From Halocafeteria seosinensis (lineage: Eukaryota): a stretch of 63,545 nt of DNA. Under the pieces are notes generated by a model. It was not told the origin of the DNA. It did not search any database and saw only the letters and a program-made list of their open reading frames with translations. Location of the stretch: positions 1 to 63,545 of the forward strand of contig LVLI01000343.1 of the NCBI GenBank assembly GCA_001687465.1, read 5' to 3'. Positions 24,362 to 37,700 of this stretch are shown piece after piece (within the stretch, counting starts at the first letter, position 1; each line of letters opens with the position of its first letter). The translations under genes were made by a program, and so were the position numbers.

Positions 24362-24567
24362 AGTAATTTAGGGACTGTGTATAAGACAGAAAAGTGCAAA
24401 CAATGCCAACTCTATCTCAGTCGAAAGTCTGTCAGACTCTGTCGTTAAGGTCAAGCTCAGAATTCAAATGGATCCTCAAATTCAAACAAAAAACACTGAC
24501 CTTCTACGATTGGGGGCAGTGCCACATTGCTCATGTTGCTGATGTGATATTGAATATCTAAGACTAA

Positions 24568-25966
24568 TTATGGTTTTCTCCAACCATGCCGTGATCCAAG
24601 ACTACTGGGAGTCTTGTTCTTTCCTTTCACATTATCGTGAACCCATTGATTCCAGACTTTGGTTAAGTGCTCTTCAACACGATGAGACACCGTGTGAACG
24701 TCGATCGAACCTGTGTATGAAGAAATATTCGAATTGTCCGGATACTCTGGACCATCGGATCCCACAACTTCGCTTTTATATTGGCTCAAGGCTGCTTCTT
24801 TCTCCTGAGATGTTGCGAGACACCATGGAGAAACGTTGCCAGTGATGTGGGCCCATGATTCCAGCTGTACTCTTCCCCATGCCTCTTGATATTCCTTTGG
24901 CTCCTCCTGCGCTGAATCGTAAACTTTCCCAAGCATTCTATCCTTGAACGATTTTTTTATCGGTATTGCGGCTCTGAGCTGAGCCTGCAGGTACGCTCTT
25001 TCTTCAGCAGGAGGCATCGATCCACTCTCATCATTGAGAACAACATCATTATTGAACGCAATATTTCTACTGTCACTGGGAAAACTCCTGCTTTCCGATA
25101 GCTCTTCGTCGTCGTCATCTTCTTCTTGGTAAGTCGATTCCCTCCTTGCTTCAGATTGCGGTCCCGAATCACTGCACTTAGACTCCACGGAAATGTCTGA
25201 ATCGACCTCGTCCTCGCCCTCGTCTTGTTCCTCCCACAATTCTGCCTGATTTTCTCCAGGACGACCGCGTCGATGAGACGTGTCGCGCTCTGCTTGTCGC
25301 TGAACGTGGTTAGAGCTCTTTGCTTGTCGCCTTTCATTCTGTTGTCTGTGACGAAGCGCTTCCATATCAGCACTCGAATCATGTTCTGAGTGATCCAACT
25401 CTTTACTTTTCTCTTTCATTTTCCGCTGAAGTTGCACCATCGTTCCCTTCAATTGGGCGATCTGCAAAAGAGTCGTTTCCAACCATCGGCAATATCATAA
25501 AAGCTCTGGAGGAAGCACTACTATAGCGTACCTCTAGTTGCAATCCCCTCCTTTCTTCTCTTAAGCGATGCAGCTGTCTGTGGTACGACTGGCAGTATTT
25601 CTGCAGCTCTATTTTCCTGGCCCTCAACTCTGATATATCTAGAAGAGCATCCACTATCTCTGCCGGGCTCTCCTCTGACTGCTTCAGAACAAGCCACGAC
25701 TCAGGTAAGGCTCCGCCCTCTCCTTTTGCCACACGTTTGGGTTTTAGTTGCTCCTGGGTTTGGCGCAATTTTACAATCTGTTCGACCGTGTACTGCAGTA
25801 TCTTCTTTTGCACTCTTAGCTCCTCTTTGGCAGAGTGTGTCTCAGACTTATACTGAGACAACTGCTCGCGTAGCGTAGCTACTGTGGATAATTCATCTTG
25901 AGTAGGGGAATGCGCTTCAACAGCCGAAGGCCTCATCCCATTGGAGTGTCTTGCTACGGAACGCAT
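24568..25966 (-). CDS. Uncharacterised coiled-coil protein with acidic C-terminal half
   Basis: Two ORFs joined in frame by GT-AG intron 25531-25462; heptad-rich N-terminal half; no recognised domain. Confidence 0.7.
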
Positions 25967-26367
25967 TCTGTATCAGCTTGTTTTCAAGTGTAATCTATTT
26001 CCTCATACGGCAATTCATGTCGTATCGTTGAAACTCGGAATTATAGTATGGTTCCGATGTGCCCCGTCCGTGCCGCAGGAGGCAACGTGCTACAACAGCG
26101 TGTAGGTAACGACAGGCAATCCCTAAAATCTTCGAGTACTGAAAACGAGCAAATATAGTTCCGTCATGGAAGAGACATTAGTGTGACGACGAATCCACGT
26201 ATGCTAAGCTGTATTTCTTGAGTCGCCGGGACTTACCGCTCTTGGGCGCGGCACCCCGACCGACCGTTTACGTTGCATTTTTCATCTATTTATCGACATT
26301 TCTCGTTGCCTTTGTTTTGTCTGTTCGCTTTTACCCACTTAGGCTATCTCAGGAGAAGCAGAACGTA

Positions 26368-29300
26368 ATGTCTCGGAATGATATGAGGACACCTCGATCT
26401 GGAAGCCGCAGAGCTTCGACTTCTAACGACAACACCAGCTTTAGCCACAAAGGACAGGACGAAGAAGACCTTACAAACATAAAGGTGCGGATTGTGCATT
26501 AAAGCACTGAATCGTCTGGGAGTGGACTATTCGTTGGGTTCTTCCTGTTACAGGTGTTCATACGATTGAGGCCTCCAGAAGGACAACACGGAGTGTCAAC
26601 GGAAGCGTTTAAGTTCAAGAATGACTCAATTACACTTTCAGTAAGCGATTAACTCTTGGATGCCATTGCGCTTTATCATACCCTAGGCCTTTGATTTAAA
26701 CTCAACAGAACCCACGACGACCTCGTTCTGAATCGTTCACATTCGGTTTCAGCGAGGTGTTCGGCCCTGAAGTCTCTCAGGAACAAATATTTGAACAAGT
26801 AAATTTGCGCTAGTTGCCACACGACAATGAAAACTAAGGAGTGGTTTACATATGTGCTTCATGCAGTCCACTATACCGCTAGTTGTGAAGTGTCTTGAGG
26901 GATACAACAGTTGCTGTGTGGCCTATGGGCAAACCGGGTCGGGGAAAACACACACGATGTTTGGAAGCCAGGAGAACCCGGGTATAATTCCGAGGGCAAC
27001 TCGTTACATCTTTGACACACTTGAAGAGAGGTCAGGAATGATTGAATACGGAGTTGTGGTATCATTCCTTGAGATCTATTGCGACCAAATACGGGATTTG
27101 GGCAAGGCTTATCTCAACGGAACTGAAACGACGACGGGCAGATCTACCACATCGGAATGGTATAAACAAGGGAAAATCCGTTCCAGTTTTAGTTACACAT
27201 ACCCGAAGGCTGTCGTCACAGACTATGCCGATGAAAGCTTATCCATACATGAGGATAATGATGGTAATGTCTTCGTCAAGGATCTTAGTATTATCCCCGT
27301 GGAAGGATCTCAGCAGGTACTCGATGTGTTGGAGGCTGGATTTCGCCTCAGAGCGACCCACGAAACCAAGCTTAATTCAGTGTCATCAAGAAGTCATACT
27401 GTTTTTACAATCCATGTTATACAAAAAGGTACCTTGCACTGAGCGTTGTAGTGGGCCATAAAATATGTTTCAATGGACTCCACACTGCTTTCTGCAGATC
27501 TGCTTACACGGGAGGTGACGACAGGCATGCTTAACATGGTTGACTTAGCTGGTTCTGAGCGACTATCAAAGAGCGACAGTGAAGGTCAGCGTCTGTATGA
27601 AGCACAATCTATTAACGCTTCGCTGGCGGCATTAGGCAAAGTGGTTATGACACTCTACAATGCAAATGGCAAAGAGAGCACACACATACCTTACCGAGAT
27701 TCCAAACTAACTAGGATCTTGCAGAATAGCCTCGGAGGAAACAGCTATACCGCCGTTTTAGCCACAATTCATCCTCGAGAACGGGATTGTGAGGAATCCT
27801 TGAGCACCCTGCAGTTTGCACATTGTTGCAAAAGCGTAACGACAAGGCCGATGGTGAACGTGCTTTCAAGCAAAGCTGAGCGCGCAGAGAAGCTGAAAGA
27901 CCTTAAGGAAAAGGCGAGCAAATTCCAAGAGGAATGCACGGGTAAGCCTTTGAGAGAACTACAGTAGACCCATCGTCCTCACCCACGTTTGGTCACTTGT
28001 TCAGTTACCAGAATTGTTTCGGATATGCGCGTCATGAAGCTACTCTTGGATCTCGGCATTAAAGGAGAATTGCTTACTGATGGTAGAGTCTTGCTGGACT
28101 CTGGTGATACAATTGGAGTATCCCATGACGATGCAAGGGAATCCAGGTATTGCAGAAAATGCGTCCGATCCCTCATCAAAGCAACCATAGCACAGCAGAG
28201 TCTCGCCTTAGGAGAGAAGGCGCCGACAGCTTCGGTCTACTACAACGGAACGGATGGATTGATGGCAGAGATGTTCCCTCAGGAGTCTGAGCAGCTAACA
28301 CTTTGTCAGCCAGAAACTCCTGTCACTACATCAGGTGAAGCTACTCAACGGGACGTTTCTCTTGGGAGAACTAATGCAGACAACGCGATTCTGGCCGAGG
28401 ATAGCCCGACTACAGTCAGGCTCAAGAACACAGTTAACAGACTAAAGGAGGAGCTACGATTGACAAAAGAACAATTGCGAGAGCAGGAATCTTCCAGTGC
28501 GGTAGAAATAGACCACCTTCGTCGGCAAACGCTTGCTTCTCGCGACACCATTCGCAAGATCTCCCAGGAGTCCTTCCAATCAACGGAAGAGCTTCGGAAG
28601 AAATACGAAGATTACCAGTCCACCCACAAAGATAACGTCCAAAAGATAATGGACCATTCAAAAGATTTACTGAAAAGCAAGAGCGATATGACGCAGGCTA
28701 TTCCGGAACACCTCGAGCGAGAACGCGCACAACAAAGCCGGATTGATGCTCTCTCTCAGACACTCGAGCAACGAGACGATGCAAAAAGGATTGAGGAACT
28801 TAGGAAAGATTTGGCCATCGTCAAAATGCAAAAAGATTCCCTGGAACATCGCTTTTCATGCTACCGCAAAGAAGCTGACCTGGACAAACATAAACTTCAC
28901 CGAGAGCTGAAGCAAAGCGAACGGGAGAGAAGAGAAGCCGCAGCGACACTTCAGCACGAACTCTGCTCACTGTTTAAGTACACCCAAAAGATAAGCGAGT
29001 TGCTTACTCGTTGTGTGAATGGCGAATTTCCCATGCGCTTTAGGGGGACATCTTATCGAATCAACATTCCCCGTGAAATAGTTCCACGTGACCCGTTTGC
29101 TCCGACGAAGCAAGATCAGCGGCCATTCAAAGCATTGAAAGAACTGGTAGGTAGCACGCACACAGTGCTCATTGATAGTACGTTCAGAGTAAATATTCAT
29201 GGCAATCTTCTTCTTCATGTTCTTCGCAGGTGCGTAGTATTGAAAGGGATGGCATTGAGCTCTTCAATAGGAGCAAGGTTCGGGTGGGCAGTCGAATCAC

Positions 29301-29679
29301 AAGCTCGGGGAACAGCTGCCAACCATCTATTGGAAGTAGCGAACATGAGATTTCCGTCCCGCAAGAAGACTGCAAGACTACTTCATTAAACGAACAAAGT
29401 GATGAGATCACCAAATACAGAAGAAAACTACACAGCGCTTCCATTAGAGAGAACAACTTAAGGACAGCGATGCGTTCGCAGCAACGGCTACTGCAAAAAC
29501 AACTCACACTGGAGCAAACACAGAGTCATGCCACATCTTCATCCAGAAATGGATCCCAAAGACAAGCCAAGACATTGACGTCTCCACTTCGTCCATCGTT
29601 GACAGCTGCTGATGCTGTTCGCCGGGCCACTGAAGAAGCGGGCTTGATTTATTTCGAGGATGGTGCCTCCTACGAGTGA
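26368..29679 (+). CDS. N-terminal motor kinesin with coiled-coil tail (subfamily unassigned)
   Basis: IKVFIRLRP, P-loop AYGQTGSGKTHTM, switch I SSRSH, switch II VDLAGSER and HIPYRDSKLTRILQNSLGGNS; multiple short introns. Confidence 0.92.
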
Positions 29680-30062
29680 TTACCGTAGTAGCAACGTTTA
29701 CACTGAAGTAAAAATATATGAGTGAATTCAGAATAGGAAACTTTTCGCTTTTCTCTACCACCTACATGTATACCGGTAGTTTGTCGTAGGTTAGGTCCTG
29801 CATCGCGGTGGTCGCAAAGGCCAGGTCGCGACTCGCGCGCTTTTTGTCTTTACCGCCAGAAGTGCGTTGAAGTCGGATCTGATCCATTTCGTTGTCCGCG
29901 ATTACTAGCCTGAGCATGATACGAGTAGATGGACAGTCGCATTAGTATTGCGATTCAAGTGCTTTGATACGTGGTTTGCTTACGGCAGAGAACGAGGCTG
30001 TGTCTTCCTGGGTGCCGAATCGATAATTGCCGTTAGTGGTGCAAGCCGGCAGGAACTGAACG

Positions 30063-33000
30063 ATGCCACCCAAAGGGCGTCCCTCTTCGAAGGGGAGCAA
30101 GGGCAAAGATGCAGAGAGCGGCGAAGAAGACAATGTCGCTAATGAACCCTCCAATATATTTGTTGCTAGCAACCAGGAATGGTTGGGAGATATGGAGCCA
30201 AAGGAAGGAGAGGAGCTCTTTTCCATGAAGGTCCTTCTGAAACATATTTGGCTACAGCGATCGGATGAAGCTGAGGAAGATGATTTCAAGACTTGGGCAC
30301 ATGTTCAGATAGCTACATTGGATGAAAACTATGTAAAGAGCTCTGAAGAAATCGATCAGATGCTGCAACAGCATCTCTTGCCAACAATGAGCCAGACGAG
30401 CGATACCCCACTGTTCCACCGGAATAATCGACTGTGGTATGCTTTCGGGGAAAACAGTACGCTTTCGAAGACCTCAGTGACTAATGGGATGGAAGCGTCG
30501 TACAACTACGATAGGCGTTCTAAGAGAGTATCCCTGAGCTCGAAGGTGATAGAGGAACTGAACAGATCGAGGGTAGAGGTAAGTATTCACTTTTAATGCT
30601 GTTTACAGCCTTGGAATCATCAATGTCCATTTTCACCATGCTATGACAGGTTGTTTTTTACAAGGGAGCAGAACGGAATTCGGAAAAGGATACTCCCATC
30701 GCAGTTCTTTGTGTGCCTCTTGGTTCTGTGAGTAGGGGAGATTCAATCAGGCGGAAATATAATTTACAGCCGCTAGTTCGAGATCAGAGTGGTACGTTGA
30801 CAATTATGCGTGAAGAAGAAAACAAAGTAAACGAAGGCAAGTCCGAGGATGACGATGCGAAAGACTCCAAGTCAGGTAGCTCCCCTTACTACTTTGGAGC
30901 TGCGACTCTTGAGATTCGGCCGGATTCGTGTATACAAAATCTTTTCTGCGGTGGTCGTTTTGTTGAATTTGGGGGCGTAAGTGTATCTGGTGTCCCTCCC
31001 CAATGGCGAACTCCTCAGCCCTCCTCATACGTTGAAGACCTTTTGGACGCCGAAGAGGAGATCGAAGAGGACGTATCCGGCTTGACCAGCGTTGAAGGGA
31101 GAATAAAAGGATCCTCAGATCACATTGCCCTAACAGGTGACCAGAACGAGGAGCGTTTTAAAGCACCGGTTCGCTCAGGAGACGAAAATGATCAACCGGA
31201 TGAGGTAGTAGAACTCACGGATGAAGAAGCTGACTCTCTCGTCAAACGCTCACAGAACGATGAAGGCTACTCTTATAGATATACACTTCAATTGCTCCTA
31301 CCACAGAATGGAGGTAACAATCCAAAAGAATACATGCCAGGTGTTACTCTCCCGAGTTCTCTCCAAGAAATCCAGGACATACAAAATTGCACCTTTGTCA
31401 CTCTGACAAATGGGTACCTGACCCTGGAGGAGCTAGACCAGGACACTCAAGAAGCAGAAAGCGACCGTAGACGCTACCGTTGGAAAATCCGCTGGCCCGT
31501 TCACCGGAAATTTATTACAGAATACTATGTGAAACAGCTGCGAAATGTTCTGAGGAATGGTTGGCCCCTTCGGTTTGTTATTCATCGACTTTATACAGAA
31601 ACCGTGGAACCCGAAAACAGATGGCCGCTGTACCCACCCATTGACGGTGATACGGGTCACTTACTCTCAGAAATTTTTCAGCGAGACGCAGGAAGTCTTT
31701 CTTCAGAAGTAGCCGCGAATGGTGTATCAAGGCTTCAGGAGATGTTTGACTTTAAAGACCCTCTTCTTGGGCTGACAAACGCGAGAATTTTATGCGACGA
31801 CTTCCTTGGCAGGGGATGTGGAGAGATATCAATAAATGGATTGCTAGAAAATCGATGCACTCCCGAGGTAGAGACGAATATTAAGCCTCTGTATTTGAGC
31901 CGTGCGCTACTAAAATTGGAAAGCCAAAAGCGGCAAGTATGGGAAGAGGCGTGGGACCGTTATACGGAGCTCCTGAATGATCGCGTCGCGGCCGTAGATA
32001 GTAAACTCTCTGAAGTTGGGAGCGAGAAAGGAGGAAAGGGGGCAAAACCAAAAGGAAAGGGAGGAAAGGACAAAAAACAAACAAAACCGAAACCTAAAGG
32101 AAAGGAAAAGGACAAGAAGAAGGCTGGGAAAGGGGGGAAACAGGATGCCCCCGAAGAGACTACTGCGACCCCACTCCCGTTTTATACCGCTCTAAATTCA
32201 ATACTGACGTGTGGCGTTTGCCTCAATAAACCACTGCAAGAGGCAAAGCCGGTACCTCCCCCACCGGAATTAGCACCGAGTGATATTGTAAGTTCATGGA
32301 AAACGTCCTTGTGACCTTCTAACATTTGCTATTAGATCATTCACAGGTTACACCGAGAGATACGCCTCCAAAAGGACCTTTGGCAACTGCGCCGTCGGAG
32401 AGCTTCAGAAAAGATATTCTCTTGTCGGTGAACGCCATAGCGGAACAGTATTGTAACGCCCTTCAAACTGTTATGGACAAAGAAGGTATGGTGACCGTAT
32501 TGACACAGATGTCGTCAGTGAACCACTACACTCTGAATGCTTGCTCAGGTGGGGCTGGAAATAGGGAGACCAGGAGGAGAGAATTGCTGAAACTTCTTAA
32601 CACTTCAGGACTCTACCATTCAATGAAGGATCGCTTGAAGAAAAGTATAGCCAGAATTATTCGCGAACGCTATGGGGACGTTCTTGGATTAGCCAAAGAC
32701 AATGCACTTGAAGATTTAGAAGCGTTGGACACCTCAACTAAAGACAATTTCGTCAGTAATTTGTACACTTACCTCATTGGACAGACATACAAGTACGTAG
32801 TCACGCGTTGCTCCTCGTTCGTAATTGCGTTCACCTTATCTTGACTCCAGAATGCTGAACATTTCTCGGGACGTTGCTCAAGAGGGAGAAGTGGGAGAGA
32901 ACGATAGCTTGAGTTTTACAGACCCTGCCTCAGGAGAGCCGGGAGACTTAGTGGAATCGTTCAAAGAGTCTGCGAGAGAGATATCCCAACATGTGGGGGA

Positions 33001-34609
33001 TGCCACGGCAACCCTATTGGGAGACGAAGAAAACGCAGGAGATGAGGAGTGTGAATGGGATGTGCTTGCTCGAGACTCAATAAACGAAGGGGTTCCGAAA
33101 GATGCGTTGTATGAGTATTGGCACCGCCTCAGAATTGCCCGTGATAAAGAGATGTGCCAAGAATACTCCCGCGCTGAAAGGGAGCTACAAGCCCGAATAA
33201 CGATAACCGAAAAAGCCGCGATGCAAGGCCGCAGTAATGGTCAGTACAGCTGCCATGCTTGGGAGGACTATGGGGAATTCTGTGCTCGATGTTTCAAGAG
33301 GGATCACGCGGCTGATGCTTTCAAGGAGGCTGTTTCAATTGATAGCACGAGGGTTTCAAGTCTGCTGTGCTTGGGTTGCATAGAACTCGAACGGGGAAAC
33401 CATAGCAACGGCTGCACGTTTCTGAAGGCAGTGGTTCGGGTATTGCACGGGGGTTTGCATCCACAGCAGTCGTCTAGTATCAAGAGCGCGGAGCAAAGAA
33501 ATATTCATGATGCGGAAGCCATATCTTTGACTCTTCAAAGTTTGGTTGGGCCTTCCGTAAACAATTCTACATCGGAAGAATCGGCTTCATTGTTACGCCA
33601 AGCGGTGGAGGTGAAATGTAATCTCAGTTACGAGGAAACAGCGGTTGACGACTACGAAGCCGCCGTAATGGAGGTGTACCTACTGGTGGCGCAATTCTGT
33701 TCGCGGTTAAACTGTGTTTGCATGCAACAGTTGTGTGTTGGACACAGTGAAGAAATTTCAAAAGACCTTCATACAGATACAAGCACAAGATGCCGTTTGC
33801 TTGTAGGCAGAGCGGAACTGAAGCTCCGGCTAATCCAGCGGGCATTCATGGCTTCTTCCCATATGGACGACAAGGAAACAAAGGCCAATTTCAAAGATCT
33901 GGAGGAGGCAATGCGTACAACGGTGGAATTGGATTCTAACAATCTTCGTGCATGGAGGTATCTTGGTTTTCTCTATGTATACGGAGGTGACTCGAAGAAG
34001 GGTCTGGAATACTTGCACCAGTCAGTTGTAGACTGGGAAGACACATTTTCATCCATAGAAAATTTGGGTTTTGCTCACATAGAAGAGCGCACCCCAGAGT
34101 TAGACTATACTCAACTGGAGTTAGTTGAAACGGCGAATAGAATAGCTAGATTAAATATGTGCACGGGTGAAGCATCCTCCGTTGCTGATGCCAAGAAGAT
34201 TTTTTTGCGCATTGCCAAGGCTACAAAGTTTGCTAGTTCGTGGTGCGGAGCAGGCGAAGCGTCTCTTCTACTCGGTCATCTAGTGCATGCCGAAGCTGCT
34301 CTGGATGAGTCTTCCCGAATGGACTCTTCTGATCCGGTGACCTGGGCTGTCATGGCGAGATTCTGGCTTACGAGTTCCCCTCCTCAAATGGAGGAAGCCG
34401 CTCAATCCATTGACAAGTGTTTGAATTTGCAAGTTCTGCCACAGTACCCGCGACATCGGGAAGCGCTGGAAGAGACAGTAAAGGAGTACATGAGGCGTGG
34501 CAGATTTCAAATGGCCCGCTCCATTTGCGAAGCGGTACTAAAACAAGTACCGTCCGACACGTTTGAGCGCTTGGTTGATGAATGCAAGGCTCGTGAACGG
34601 GCCCAATAG
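30063..34609 (+). CDS. CFAP70: Cilia- and flagella-associated protein 70 (TTC18)-like TPR protein
   Basis: PPPP..PSDI, RRRELLKLLNTSGLYHSMKDRLKKSIARIIRERY and FVSNLYTYL followed by TPR repeats, as in CFAP70. Four ORF pieces joined by introns. Confidence 0.8.
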
Positions 34610-34730
34610 TGTCGACAAATACTTAGGACAAATTTCAAAGCGAGGAAGTGTCGATACATTTTAGAAGATACACACTTAAGACATTAAACTTACTCGCTTC
34701 GCTGTCTAGCTCATATATATACTAGATTAC

Positions 34731-37700
34731 CTAGTCTTCTGCATAGACGGGAAGCCAACTCTTGTCATCGTCTATTTCATTCTCATACCAGACGGAAGAG
34801 AACAAGGACTTGCGTACCCACCCTTCGGCGAGTGGAGCGCCGTCGTCGTCGTAAGGGCCATGAGTAAAGATGTTATTTTTCATCTCCTCGATACGACGTT
34901 CCCGGATATCGGCAGGAAGGTCGTCTGGTATCTCGTTTACAAACGTCTCCTCATTCTCCACATCTATACTGCTTTCCGATGTTTCGACACTGAGACCTCT
35001 GTATATGCTTGGGCGGGTTTGTCTCCTTAGGGTCTCAAGCTCTTCGACTAGCTTGTTATAGCGATCTTTCAATTCCTGCCACTTTTCGCCGTCCGGAGCT
35101 TCTTCTGATTTAGGTAAAGTTTTGAGTTTTTCCTTATCTGGTGCAACGGAAACCTTTTTGATGACCGCAGGGTTATTGCTGAACGACATTATTGGATTTT
35201 TCATGATCTGGCGGCCACTCGATGTCTGTGAGTACATTGGGTTGGACATAACGGGAGTCATGGCCTTAGTTTCATCTTCACGTGAAACGGAGCGAGATTT
35301 CGTCCTACCCCTTCCAGCCTCTAATTTCTGTTTGAATTGTTTCATGGATTCATCCTTGCCTGTTGCCTCAAGTATATCCCATACCAGGACCGCAAGGAAA
35401 TACAAGGTGGATATCACTAGAATGAGTATTATGACGGCAGTCAAAAATGAGTGCGCGCCGGAGCCAGACTCCAAACCCGACTCGAACACTACTCCCGAGA
35501 GTGCCACGCAAAGACCACTGGATAGTAAAGCAGCCTCTACTGTATTGTAGTTAAGCATGAACGTTTTTGCCTTATCTGCATTTGTTGTTGATGCCTCGCG
35601 TTTCCGACGCTTCTTCATGTCGCTGGAGCGTCGCGCTAACAGTTTCCCAATAGTATTGTTGATAGCAATATAAGTAGTGTCCTTTTCAACCACTTTCTTG
35701 TGGAAGTCTAAAAGTACTTGCTCGTTGTCTTTCTGTCCCATATAAGGCTGAAATTTCACTTGAAGTATACAGTTACAGAAAAATATAAAAAGAACGAAGG
35801 CCATCTCGAAGGCGGGATTACTCCTGAACAGAAGACTGGCAATTGCGATGAAGAATTTTCGAAATAGTACCACCAGTATCCAAATACTGTACCATGGTTT
35901 GAATTGGAAATAAATACTAGATAAAGAAGATCTCACTGAGTAACACCGAGGATTTGTGTTAAAGTCGTCTCCCAGACCATGTGCACGAAGTAATTGATCC
36001 TCGATGATGGCAGATTGATATGTCATCAGCAGGTAGATTATTAGCGCAACGAACCCAAATGTGTACAGCATGAGTAGAATTATGGCCCACGGCAACAAAG
36101 TTTGATGTACACCTCCGTCTTTCCCACAGCTTTCGAAAACAACTTGGAGGTACGATTCTCCGTTTGAAGTGTCTAACGGTGAGCAGTTTAGTGCATCGAA
36201 AATAGTCCTTGTTGAGTATGTATAAAAATAGTAGAGGATTGCCAGAGAAAGATTGATGAGCACCGGTAGGTGTGAACACAGTCCTGTCTTGTGTCCTTTC
36301 AGTCGTTTCAGCAATGCGAGAGCTCCATGGAACACAGCGACACATACAAGCATTAGTAGGGGGAACAATTGTATTATCGTCCACTTCGTGGTATAAGGGA
36401 ACTCAGGGGCATAGCATCCCGGCGTAACAAGTTCCACATTCAAATACGATATTGACAGTCCGAACGATAGATTTGCAATGCTCGATGGCCATTGTATGGA
36501 GCTCCTCGCAAGCATCGAGACTATCTGTAGATAGTCTATTCCTAGGCTTAGGGATGGCAATTTAATCGCTCGGTGCTGGAGAAAGTAGCCTACAATGCAG
36601 CTTCCTATCATAACGAGAAGAAAGAAAAGCAACAATACTTCTTTTCCCTGGGGACACTTCTTGCATTCTCCTTGTACTTTGAAGTGCGTTCCATGGACAC
36701 ATTCAGCACACCGCTCCCCGGTGTAACCAGTACTGCAAGTGTTGTTAGCGCGACAAGCTTCTGGAGGATCACAAGGTATCAGATAATTGCATTCAGTTGA
36801 TTTACTGCAGTCGACTCCACTCAGAGCTGAAGTTGAATGGTTGCGTGCATTGTAATACCCCGGTTTGGCCCAAGCTCGCGTTCCATCACATACCGCTCCT
36901 TCCATACACTCTACACAGATATTATTCAATGATCCGAAAAAGCCAACAGGACATCTCGCTTGGAGTGAAAACTTTTGACTGCTTAAGCCACGAATCTTTA
37001 CAACGATGGACTTTCTCCCGACAGGCATAGGGAGACTTTCACAACTCAGGGTAGGCTCCGAGAAATTATCTACCGGAGTCCTCCATGAAGCTCCCTGACA
37101 AGGTTCCCCGCCTATCGTGATCACTGGTATCGAGTGTACGTCACCGAAACCTTTGCCAAACACTTCGATGATCCCACCTTGGGCATCAATAGGAGATGGC
37201 TGTACTTTTGTGATCCACGGCAAGCTATAAGTTATTGGGCGGGAAGCAATCCGAGGGTCGTGCAACGTCTTAACAGCCACGGCCAAGCTAGTACCGAAAA
37301 TGTCCATATTCTTCAGTGACGGAATTCCAGGAAGGAAGCAATTTATGGCATGCATATCATGACGATATGGCAGGAACTGTTCTCCTTTGACAGTAACAGT
37401 CTCTCCCCCTTCCCACTCTCCTACCCTACTACGAAGGAATTTCCCGTTGTGATTGTGCAATGGGGTTGTGTCGCAGTTTAGCCCCTCATCAAAAGCTTTG
37501 TTAATGTTTTCCTCTTCTAGAGATATGATTTTGACTGAAGTACCCTTCTTCCACTTCTTCGGATCACTGGCAAAAGCAGTATCAGGAGCTATTGGAGGCA
37601 AGAAAGCCATGCCAAGTATCTCCAGGTAGCTCTGTCCGCAGAGTACCCTCCCTTGTAGAGTCTCCCCACATTTAGAAGGAGTGTTCCAAGAACCCCTTGT

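Noticed and set aside
26075..26125. GGCAAC/GGTAAC half-sites as RFX X-boxes upstream of the kinesin
   Set aside because: No complete palindromic X-box, and not consistently present at the other ciliary genes.
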